Source: Candidatus Cryptobacteroides sp.
GTDB taxonomy: Bacteria; Bacteroidota; Bacteroidia; Bacteroidales; UBA932
Direction of reading: 5' to 3'
Length of the DNA: 64,000 nt
Assembly: GCA_045127905.1 (NCBI GenBank)
Contig: JBGVQX010000014.1
Span: 1,683 to 65,682 of the forward strand
Part shown: positions 1 to 7,642 of the stretch, piece by piece
How the letters are laid out: the number at the start of each line of letters is the position of its first letter
Position numbering within the stretch: position 1 is the first letter of the stretch
Notes under the pieces: model-generated
Databases searched by the model: none
The model's input: the letters and a program-made list of their open reading frames with translations, nothing else
Told to the model about the DNA's origin: nothing
Made by a program: the position numbers and the translations under genes

Positions 1-913
1 CCTCTTTTTGAAGTTCAGGAGTGAATGAGATATAGGTTGCAGTGCTGTCAATGTTACAATGGCCAAGATAAGTGGAAAGCACAGGCAGCAACAATTGCAC
101 GTCTTTTCCTTCCTTGTACCATTGTATTATCCTGTTCGTTGCAAACGTATGCCTTAGATCTTGTAACCGGACATCACTGCGTTCTTTGTCATTTCTGCTA
201 ACATCTGCAGCCTTACAGATTAACCTGAAAGCAGCTTGTAGGGCAGATAGCTTTACTTGATTGTTTCTTTTGTCAAAGAAAAGGCAGTCTGAAGTCAATC
301 CTTGCTCTTTTGCAACCTTGTTTCGCCATTGCATGTAATTTCGAAGTACTGACTCCACTTCAATCCCGAATGGAAGCAGCCTGCTCTTATAGAATTTAGT
401 CTCTTCTATTAAGACTGTCTTTGCCTCAAAGTCAACATCTATTACCTGCAATGATACGGTCTCGCTAGGCCTAAGCCCCAAACAGTATGTCACCTTCAAC
501 ATAGTTTGTATGACGTAAGGGTGCATGATATTACATCTTTTTCGATAATTTAAAGCCGTCTTGAAAAGAGATTCCAGTTCCGCATTTGTATATATGTAAG
601 GCCTGAAGTCTTTTGGTTTACACGGCTTGCTCGTTGGCAAGGGCATGTGACTCATGTGACCTCTGGAGATTGCCCAATTAAAGAAGCCCTCAAGTATGCT
701 ATATATGCAGAACCAATATTGTGTGGCCACATTAGATTTGAACCCTTTCTGGTGAAGGTATTCACTGCAGGATCTTTCCGCAACACAGTCAAGTTGCATG
801 CTTAGGCCTACATATTTGCCAAAAGAGAGAAGGACATACTTTTTTACCCTAGGCTTTTCACCAAGTCCTTCTTTATAACGAACGTACTGTTCAATTGCCT
901 CTGACATTAACAT
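1..913 (-). CDS. Tyrosine recombinase, second gene (RitB-like) of a RIT element; runs off the window start
   Basis: Not in the ORF track; translated manually from ATG 913/907, overlapping the upstream stop: MLMSEAIEQYVRYKEGLG...GLRPSE...ETKFYKSRLLP...QDLRHTFATNRIIQWYKEGKDV...LSTYLGH...TATY (R, LRH, H, Y catalytic motifs). Confidence 0.9.
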   Translation of the reverse strand, partial: MLMSEAIEQYVRYKEGLGEKPRVKKYVLLSFGKYVGLSMQLDCVAERSCSEYLHQKGFKSNVATQYWFCIYSILEGFFNWAISRGHMSHMPLPTSKPCKPKDFRPYIYTNAELESLFKTALNYRKRCNIMHPYVIQTMLKVTYCLGLRPSETVSLQVIDVDFEAKTVLIEETKFYKSRLLPFGIEVESVLRNYMQWRNKVAKEQGLTSDCLFFDKRNNQVKLSALQAAFRLICKAADVSRNDKERSDVRLQDLRHTFATNRIIQWYKEGKDVQLLLPVLSTYLGHCNIDSTATYISFTPELQKE

Positions 914-2448
914 ATAAGGCCCTCCCAATCCATTTTCGCGACCTGGCTAAGGGTAGATATGTCAACTTTTGCATATACCCTGGTCGTGTCCAGAAGCCGG
1001 TGGCCCAAAAGATCGGAGATTTCCTTTAAGCTACGTCCCGAGTTAATCAGATGTGTTGCACATGCATGCCTTAGAGAATGTCCTCCTTTATGCTTTATAT
1101 TGATATCAGTATTAGAATACGCCTCTGACACAATCACATATATAGCAGTTCGTGATAGCTGTGTTATAGGGGCCAAGCTGCGAAGGAAGATGTATTCGCT
1201 ACCAATATCATTATTTCGCCCTGACTTTATATATTCCGCTATCGCATTGCCGACAATCGGAACAAGAGGAAGGCGCTGCAATCCACCTCGTTTTGCTCTT
1301 CGTAGTAATATATGGTTATTCTTCCAATCAATATCTTTGGTTTTAAGGTTAACAACCTCACTCGATCGAAGACCATAGGTAGCAATGAGATACATTATGG
1401 CTTTATTTCTTAGGCTTAATGCATCATTCTTGCCATCATAGTAGCCTATAATTTCTTGAGTCTGCTCCCATGATGGACAGTTCGGAAGAGTGTCCAGGTC
1501 GTATGATTTGGGATGCTTGATCTGATCTGGGATCAGTTCGCAAAGATTGTTGACCCTGAGATAGCGGATAAAGTCCCTTATCGTAGTGACGATGGTAGCA
1601 ATAGTCTTTCTGTTGCATCCACTATTCTGCCTGAACATTATATACTCGTCAATATGATTTAGATTTATGTATGAAAGGTGTAAGCTCTTTTGTTCCATGA
1701 ATGACAGAAGAGTCTTGAGTTCGTGCTCCCTTCCATTCAAAGTTGTAGTACTTAAGCCTTTACTTTCGCGCGCCCAGTTAATATAGTCTACAACATAATT
1801 ATAGCCGTTAATATGGGTTGGCTCTGAGTCACCATTGAGTATCCCAATAAATGATAGCCATCGTTGTGCTGTGGTCATGAACATATTTCGGGATTTTAAG
1901 CTGCGAAATGATGACGAGGCATCCTGCAATTCTTTAACGCAGACTATTCTCGGAGAGTGTAACTTCAATACGTCAATAATATGTAATTGCATTTCGGCCT
2001 GCTCACGTACAGTACTCCTTGCCATTCCAATGGAGATGCACTGTAATAGGTAACTTAATCGTTCCTGATACAAAGGGTAAGTTAGATACCTGACCCGATA
2101 ATGACTGACACTACTGAATGATACAAGCAGATTCGTCTCGTCATTATATCGGGCATCCAATATGTTTAAGCTATCAAGCCATTTGAGCACTGTGGCTTGG
2201 TAGTCTCCTTTTTTAGAAGTGTACCATCTTGAAGTGCTTTGAACGATTCTTTCTAGACTGACAACTTCGTTCGGACCAATGTTGAGATTGTTTACTGCAA
2301 AGAACAGATAGTCTGCAGTAATTTGCAAGTATCTCAAGCAGAAGCCTTTCTGATGCATCTTGCAAATGAAATCATCTCGTTCCCTAAACATAGGGGCATG
2401 TAGGTGACGTCGCACCTTGCTTGGGTTTTGAAATATTTTCTCTATCAT
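907..2448 (-). CDS. Tyrosine recombinase, first gene (RitA-like) of a RIT element
   Basis: GLRSSEV, RAK, HSLRHACAT, LLGH, TTRVYAKVD motifs; long N-terminus with two P-x-x-x-ER repeats; translationally coupled to the next integrase. Start uncertain (2484 TTG, 2466 or 2448 ATG). Confidence 0.9.
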   Translation of the reverse strand: MIEKIFQNPSKVRRHLHAPMFRERDDFICKMHQKGFCLRYLQITADYLFFAVNNLNIGPNEVVSLERIVQSTSRWYTSKKGDYQATVLKWLDSLNILDARYNDETNLLVSFSSVSHYRVRYLTYPLYQERLSYLLQCISIGMARSTVREQAEMQLHIIDVLKLHSPRIVCVKELQDASSSFRSLKSRNMFMTTAQRWLSFIGILNGDSEPTHINGYNYVVDYINWARESKGLSTTTLNGREHELKTLLSFMEQKSLHLSYINLNHIDEYIMFRQNSGCNRKTIATIVTTIRDFIRYLRVNNLCELIPDQIKHPKSYDLDTLPNCPSWEQTQEIIGYYDGKNDALSLRNKAIMYLIATYGLRSSEVVNLKTKDIDWKNNHILLRRAKRGGLQRLPLVPIVGNAIAEYIKSGRNNDIGSEYIFLRSLAPITQLSRTAIYVIVSEAYSNTDINIKHKGGHSLRHACATHLINSGRSLKEISDLLGHRLLDTTRVYAKVDISTLSQVAKMDWEGLIC

Positions 2449-2575
2449 TTTGCTTAAAGTATCCATTAGAGGATGCTTTTGCAATATTATAGATTATGTT
2501 GTCATAATTCCAGAAACGATACTGATTATCAACGCATAATATTATGATGCCAACATAACAAGCTTGCCAACATAA

Positions 2576-2779
2576 GGTCGCAAGAACTATCTCTTCTGCG
2601 GAAACCATGACGCTGCGGTCAGAGCAGCCATCGTATACTCACTCTTTAGCAGCTGTAAGGCACATGATGTTGATGTCCGATCGTGGCTGGAGGATACACT
2701 CAGGAGAATCCCTACAGAAAAGAACGTTGACCAGCTACTGCCTTGCAACTGGCAGGTACTACCCGCTAATGGCAGGTAA
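2576..2779 (+). pseudogene. IS66-family transposase (TnpC) C-terminal fragment, interrupted by the RIT element
   Basis: Manual translation GRKNYLFCGNHDAAVRAAIVYSLFSSCKAHDVDVRSWLEDTLRRIP...LLPCNW* matches the IS66 C-terminal signature; no start codon. Confidence 0.9.
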
Positions 2780-2872
2780 TAACCAGCCACTACCTACTAC
2801 TAGCCGCCACTACCGGGTACTACCTCAGTAGTGGCGGCTAATTGGTCATTATGTACTTTGTCGGAGGCTTAC
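2576..2872 (+). mobile_element. Right end of an IS66-family element
   Basis: TnpC tail, hairpin TAGCCGCCACTAC...GTAGTGGCGGCTA (2801-2840), then terminus ...GTCGGAGGCTTAC at 2872 (IS66 ends are GTAA...TTAC). Confidence 0.8.
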
Positions 2873-3180
2873 CTGCCAGTCCTTTTGCCTTCACTTCTTC
2901 TTTCGCAGCCTCAAGGGTCTCGCGAAATGAATTTAGCATGTCATTTCTACTCATAACACTGATTTCAAAAGATATTCTTTGTTCTTCTGTCATTTTTGCC
3001 AACTCAGCCTGACGAAAAAGTTCTTCCACCTCAGTACCTTCCACCGTATTGGGACAGAAAGATTGTTTTGACATATTCTTTATACTATAGAGCCACATAT
3101 CCTCAAGGCTGTCACACGCATCAATGGTCTTGTCAAACCTATCCAGATCGATAAAGACCAGGTTTGTGCCATCGTTAAGC
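2873..3180 (-). pseudogene. Rpn / PD-(D/E)XK_2-family nuclease fragment, 5'-truncated and interrupted by IS66
   Basis: LVFIDLDRFDKTIDACDSLEDMWLYSIKNM...ELFRQAELAKMTEEQRISFE...AKGLA resembles the Bacteroidota Rpn C-terminal half; in-frame stop just upstream. Confidence 0.7.
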
Positions 3181-3605
3181 TCGTTCCGCTATCTGATCAA
3201 TCCTCTCACAAAAGAGGCATATTCGCTCGGCAAGACAACCAGCACTTATCTTGGAGATCACTGCCTGGTGTACCGCTTGTGGGGATCATACTATGACAAT
3301 GTGATGGGAATGGATGGTAAGCTCCTCCTTCCTGAAGACACATTCCTGGCGTATCTGGCGTGTTCCTCGTACGTGAGGAGATGTCAGTGACTCGCAGCAA
3401 GAGTTGGATATTCGAGTGGCGTTATGGCCTGATCGATGCCAACGGCAACGAGATCATCCCGAAGAAGTATGTGGATGCGGAGATCAAATCCGACATCATC
3501 AAGTGCAGAATTTCTGGCACATGGAAATACGATGAAATCTCGATCGAAGAGCTGGCCAGCAAGTACGCTGTGGACAAATTGTATCATGCCTATTGTCACA
3601 TATGA
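3181..3605 (+). pseudogene. Frameshifted fragment of a WG-repeat-type protein
   Basis: Two overlapping frames; YGLIDANGNEIIPKKY is a WG/KWG-like repeat; no credible start. Confidence 0.5.
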
Positions 3606-3614
3606 CGGTTTTGG

Positions 3615-3724
3615 CGGGTACTACAAGAAATCGCTGTTTTGTGTGGTACCCGGTTGTTTTTTGGGGGTATGAACGACAATTTCGGGCCAGGTACTACAAG
3701 AAATCGCCGTTTTGTGTAGTACCT
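3615..3724 (+). repeat. REP-like hairpin doublet, left 110-bp direct repeat of RAYT cassette 1
   Basis: Hairpins at 3615-3652 and 3688-3725 (GGTACTACA...TGT(A/G)GTACC); near-identical copy at 6064-6173. Confidence 0.9.
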
Positions 3725-3779
3725 GATGTAATAGGGTCGTTTTTCGTCGGCGAAGGAGTGGTTTTAAAATATATTATCT

Positions 3780-3787
3780 TATATTTG
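3780..3787 (+). promoter_or_regulatory. Bacteroidota -7 promoter element of cassette 1
   Basis: TATATTTG fits TAnnTTTG; 17 nt before the conserved leader, the same spacing as in cassette 2. Confidence 0.75.
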
Positions 3788-3804
3788 CGATATCATTGAA
3801 CTGT

Positions 3805-3835
3805 TCTGGTTCGCCATCCACGATCAAATGGCATA
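3805..3835 (+). promoter_or_regulatory. Invariant 31-nt leader motif (cis-RNA or DNA site), copy 1
   Basis: TCTGGTTCGCCATCCACGATCAAATGGCATA is identical to the reverse complement of 52010-52040; GCCAT/ATGGC stem. Confidence 0.75.
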
Positions 3836-3857
3836 GTAAATACAAATAAATTTGATC

Positions 3858-4073
3858 ATGGGTGATTTCATTTATCTCAATGTGAAGACTGTTCCTGCTT
3901 TTGATGCGGTGTCTCTGGCTCCTCATATTGCTTACACTGTCTATACTCATTTAGACGGAACGATCCGTCTTGCTTCGGCTTGGACGTTGCGTGATGCAAT
4001 AGATCTGTATGCTCGTTTGTACGGCTGTGGGCGATCGTCAGTTAAGTTGGTCCGGCCATTCAGACAGCAGTAG
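3858..4073 (+). CDS. Conserved small unknown protein (71 aa), RAYT-associated, copy 1
   Basis: 40/70 identities with ORF 51773-51985 (YLNVKTVPA, PHxAYTV, ASxWTLRDAI, ARLY, RPF); same GATCATGGG start context. Confidence 0.85.
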   Translation: MGDFIYLNVKTVPAFDAVSLAPHIAYTVYTHLDGTIRLASAWTLRDAIDLYARLYGCGRSSVKLVRPFRQQ

Positions 4074-4139
4074 AACTGCATTGTTGAGAGTTGGTTCCCA
4101 TGGTTGAATGATGTTTCATGTCATTTAATATTTTGCATT

Positions 4140-5009
4140 ATGGGAGTGCTGGCAAAATTTGTGATCGTCGACTACGACGGTCAGCGTTATGATTTTTATC
4201 GATTTGGGGATGGCCATCCTTGTGAACGCCAAGGTGTCTTTGCAAACTTTCCGTTAGGAGATCGCGATTTTCTTCTTGAGACATATATCAGGAAGTTAAA
4301 TTTGGAAAAGTCTACCCGTGATTATTTTATAGATGTTCGCTATGAAATGGATCTGAGGTCAAGGCAGATTAAGGTCTCGTCAGGATGTTATGAAGACTGT
4401 GATTTCAAAGGAACTTTCGAGGAGGCTGTGAGACATTTTGCATGGGAAAGCTATGTGGAGAAGGAGGCGTTGTTAATGTTTCCGAATAAATCAGATCTGG
4501 AGCCGATTCTTGTTCCTGGCTTTTTGGATGGGTTATGGGTGATCGTTGATGCAGTATGTAAGAATTTGCCGTATCTTGAATACAGCGCCATGTCACCTAG
4601 GATATTGTATATAGGCGATAATGTGAATTTTTACATGTATGATGATTTTATTCTCTATCCCTACAATAGTATAAATATGAATTGTCGGGCTGTCGAAGAC
4701 GCTTATAGCAATGCCAGGAGAGTGGGTGTGAGGCTATATTTCAATAATCAGCGATCTGGAAAGCCGTTCACATTGTTGTATATGTTGGGTGTGAGGCCGC
4801 ACGGTTATGTCTTGCCTCTGACCGATAAAAGGATCAGATATGGAGAAGGACTTGATGAGCAGACAAAGAAACAGGAACTGCTTATATTGGTCGAATTCCT
4901 GAAGACTCTTAATCCGGAAACGTGGGCTGCTCTAAACATACTTGATGGGATCTATTACGGAGAGGAACTTGACAGGATACGTGAGTCGGTCATGGGAGGT
5001 GGAGATTGA
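4140..5009 (+). CDS. Hypothetical protein (~289 aa), cargo in cassette 1
   Basis: Long AT-rich ORF between the small ORF and the HUH gene; no family recognised. Confidence 0.75.
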   Translation: MGVLAKFVIVDYDGQRYDFYRFGDGHPCERQGVFANFPLGDRDFLLETYIRKLNLEKSTRDYFIDVRYEMDLRSRQIKVSSGCYEDCDFKGTFEEAVRHFAWESYVEKEALLMFPNKSDLEPILVPGFLDGLWVIVDAVCKNLPYLEYSAMSPRILYIGDNVNFYMYDDFILYPYNSINMNCRAVEDAYSNARRVGVRLYFNNQRSGKPFTLLYMLGVRPHGYVLPLTDKRIRYGEGLDEQTKKQELLILVEFLKTLNPETWAALNILDGIYYGEELDRIRESVMGGGD

Positions 5010-5016
5010 TTTGGTC

Positions 5017-5970
5017 ATGAAGAAAACATATCATTTATGTCTCTCGTCTGACGAGGTCATGTTCAGGGATGAAGAGGATTATAATAGAGGGTTCAATGCA
5101 TTTGCGCTGGCTCTATACAAAACAGATTCTGTAGGTCTGGTTGAGTCGATTATGTCGACTCATGCCCATATGCTCGTCCAGACTCATAATCCAAATGCGT
5201 TCATGGGCGCTTTCAGGATGCCGTATACCAAATATTTCAATAGAAAATACTCAAGATCTGGCCCACTTGGGGAGCAGGAACATTTTACTATGGAGGTAAA
5301 AGGACTTCACCATCATCTCGCGGCAATGAGTTATATTTTGAGAAATGGTCTTCATCATGGTGTTGCACCTATACCGTTTGCATATCCACACTGCTCGGTG
5401 AATGCCATATTCCAACGAGAGATGGGTAAGCGTTCTGAACAGAATCTTCTTCCTGCAAAATCGTTTTATCGTTTCATCGGCAGGAATTCAGATGTTCCAG
5501 ACAATTATAGGATGAGTGCTTCCGGACTCTTTCTTCGTGAAAGCGTTTTAGATATTCCGCAGGTTGAGAATATGTTTGTCACACCCAGAAACTTTGATTA
5601 CTATATGAATCGAAGGACTTCTGAAGAGTGGATCAAGGAGCAGGAAAGGGACCGTAATGGGGAGCGGCCTGTCACGTTGGAGCTGATAGAGTCAAAAGTA
5701 GAACTTACAAAAATAGATGATATGTTGATCTATGAGAGTGGCAGGGCAGACTATCGTAGAATGACTGATGTACAGGTTTGTGATGCGATAGATAAAATTG
5801 TAAAGGATGAGTTCCATAGACCGTCGGTCTACCTGTTGTCTATAGATGAGAAGTTGAAGATAGTGACATATTTGCGTCAGAACTGTCATCTTCCAATTGG
5901 ACAGATATCCAGATGCCTGGTTCTTGACTTGGATAATTGCTGCTGGAAGATGCTACAAGGCAAGGGCTGA
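5017..5970 (+). CDS. RAYT-like HUH (Y1) tyrosine transposase/nuclease with C-terminal helical extension
   Basis: YHL...MFRDEEDY, IMSTHAHML (HUH), YTKYFNRKYSRSGPL, YILRN (catalytic Tyr), YPHCS. Confidence 0.85.
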   Translation: MKKTYHLCLSSDEVMFRDEEDYNRGFNAFALALYKTDSVGLVESIMSTHAHMLVQTHNPNAFMGAFRMPYTKYFNRKYSRSGPLGEQEHFTMEVKGLHHHLAAMSYILRNGLHHGVAPIPFAYPHCSVNAIFQREMGKRSEQNLLPAKSFYRFIGRNSDVPDNYRMSASGLFLRESVLDIPQVENMFVTPRNFDYYMNRRTSEEWIKEQERDRNGERPVTLELIESKVELTKIDDMLIYESGRADYRRMTDVQVCDAIDKIVKDEFHRPSVYLLSIDEKLKIVTYLRQNCHLPIGQISRCLVLDLDNCCWKMLQGKG

Positions 5971-6054
5971 TGCTTGCTGCTGAAAGATGGAAGATGCTGC
6001 AAGGCAAGGGCTGATGCTTGCTGCTGGAAGATGCTACAAGGCAAGGGCTGATGC
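5937..6054 (+). repeat. Three tandem 37/44/37-bp units
   Basis: TTGCTGCTGGAAGATGCTACAAGGCAAGGGCTGATGC x3, the middle unit with a 7-bp insertion; the RAYT stop codon lies in unit 1. Confidence 0.9.
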
Positions 6055-6063
6055 GAAGAAAGC

Positions 6064-6173
6064 CGGGTACTACAAGAATTTGAGGTTTTTTGTAGTACCC
6101 GGTTGTTTTTTGGGGGTATGAACGACAATTTCGGGCCAGGTACTACAAGGAATCGCTGTTTTGTGTAGTACCT
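6064..6173 (+). repeat. REP-like hairpin doublet, right 110-bp direct repeat of cassette 1
   Basis: Perfect 12-bp stem CGGGTACTACAA/TTGTAGTACCCG with 14-nt loop; inter-hairpin spacer identical to the left copy. Confidence 0.9.
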
Positions 6174-6230
6174 CGGACTAGCGTAGGGCATTTTGCTACA
6201 GTGTCCAGGTCGGCATGAGTCCGGCCTGCT

Positions 6231-7064
6231 TTAGAACAGCTTTTTCTTGCTGACTGTGGCGACAAATTCCTTTAAGTAGAATGGCTCGAAGTAGGCTACG
6301 TCCTTGAAGTCTCCGTTGCGGAAGGCGGCGAGAGCAGGTGCGAGCATAGCAGATGCCTTGGGGTGGCACTGGCAGAAGTGTGCGTTTGGGTGCTTGATTA
6401 CATCGGCGCATTTGCCGGCACCGTCGCCGATGAAGAGACAAGGGCCCTGCTCAAGGTATTCTGCAAAGCTGTTCTCGTCGATGATGGCTGGAGCTGTCTC
6501 GGTGATCTGGCGGACCTCACCTTCAGTCTGTCCGGCACCTTTAGTCTGTTCAACACATTCAAACACAGCTGAATACACTTCCATGCGGCGGGCGTCTATC
6601 ATTGGGATGATGAATCTGTATTCGGGAGATTGCCACGTCGCTGCGCTCCTCTCAATGACGTGGTGGTTCTCTTCGCTTCTCTCGATGGCGTGATGGTCAT
6701 TCCCGTCATGTCCGGTAAGTTCTGTTCCGTCATGACTGCCCATCTGCGCCTGGGCCACAAGTGTGTCGAGAGTGCCGACAGCCAGAAGAGGCTTGCCGCT
6801 TCCGAAGCATAGGCCCTTGGCTGTAGATACGCCGACGCGTAGACCTGTGTATGATCCAGGTCCCATACTCACGCACACGGCGTCACAGTCGGTCAGCGAA
6901 ATGCCGCGTTCTGCCAGGACTTCCTGGATGAATACTGCGGTCAGGGAAGCGTGGGCCTTAGGAGCGGAACTCTCGCGGTATGAAGTCACAGCACCGTTTT
7001 CTGCCAATGCGACAGAACACAGTGCTGTGGATGTTTCTATCAAAATGATTCTTTCCATTTTCAT
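6231..7064 (-). CDS. tsaB: tRNA t6A biosynthesis protein TsaB (with in-frame insertion)
   Basis: IETST, GPGSYTGLRVG, PMIDARRMEVY, FEPFYLKEF. Confidence 0.95.
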   Translation of the reverse strand: MKMERIILIETSTALCSVALAENGAVTSYRESSAPKAHASLTAVFIQEVLAERGISLTDCDAVCVSMGPGSYTGLRVGVSTAKGLCFGSGKPLLAVGTLDTLVAQAQMGSHDGTELTGHDGNDHHAIERSEENHHVIERSAATWQSPEYRFIIPMIDARRMEVYSAVFECVEQTKGAGQTEGEVRQITETAPAIIDENSFAEYLEQGPCLFIGDGAGKCADVIKHPNAHFCQCHPKASAMLAPALAAFRNGDFKDVAYFEPFYLKEFVATVSKKKLF

Positions 7065-7067
7065 GGA

Positions 7068-7556
7068 TTAAGAGAACATATATTTTATGAATGGGAATAC
7101 TGTGTCGGAAATATCCTTGAGATACGGATAAAGAACAGATTCCGTCACTATTGCCGGCTGTGTGATCTGGAATGTTGTAATGACCGACTGGAATAGCATG
7201 GATACAAGTGCAAGAATCAGAATCGTCTTGGCCAGCGCGAATGCAAGTCCGAGGAGTTTGTTCACCCATCCGAGCATGATTGCTCCGAGGAGGGATTCGA
7301 TCAGTTTGCCGAGAGCGGAAAGGGCAAGAGAGACTCCTACCAGGATAACTGCAAATGAAATCAGCTTGAGCGCCTGCTCGGATACGCTGATGTACTGTGC
7401 AATCCATTCACCTACCACATTGGCAAACTGCGAAGAAAGCCAGATTCCGAGGATGATCGATGCAATTGAGATTGCCTGAGAGATGAAGCCCTTTCTAATG
7501 CCCTGGATGATTGCCGGGATAAGGCATATCAAAATTATGATATCCAGAATGTTCAT
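7068..7556 (-). CDS. cvpA: CvpA-family membrane protein
   Basis: MNILDIII...GIRKGF, NKLLG; four hydrophobic segments. Confidence 0.85.
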   Translation of the reverse strand: MNILDIIILICLIPAIIQGIRKGFISQAISIASIILGIWLSSQFANVVGEWIAQYISVSEQALKLISFAVILVGVSLALSALGKLIESLLGAIMLGWVNKLLGLAFALAKTILILALVSMLFQSVITTFQITQPAIVTESVLYPYLKDISDTVFPFIKYMFS

Positions 7557-7642
7557 AATACTCTTAAATTTAGTATATTTGCGGATTGAAAATTTCAGGA
7601 ATTATGTCCTGAGTGCAAAAATAGATAAATATTTTTATAAAT

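Larger units (their letters stand above)
1..2575 (-). mobile_element. RIT (recombinase in trio)-like element, one end visible; third gene presumably outside the window
   Basis: Two tandem overlapping tyrosine recombinases; terminal repeats TGCCAACATAA at 2548-2558 and 2565-2575 plus inverted TTATGTTG at 2494-2501; abrupt junction with IS66 coding sequence at 2575/2576. Confidence 0.8.

Noticed and set aside
2750-2825. GGTACTAC matches to the cassette 1 stem inside the IS66 end
   Set aside because: Only 10-11-nt matches, not paired as the REP hairpin; likely chance
5017-5970. Ordinary IS200/IS605 element
   Set aside because: The proteins are about twice TnpA length, there is no tnpB, the motifs are RAYT-like, and the flanks are multi-copy hairpins
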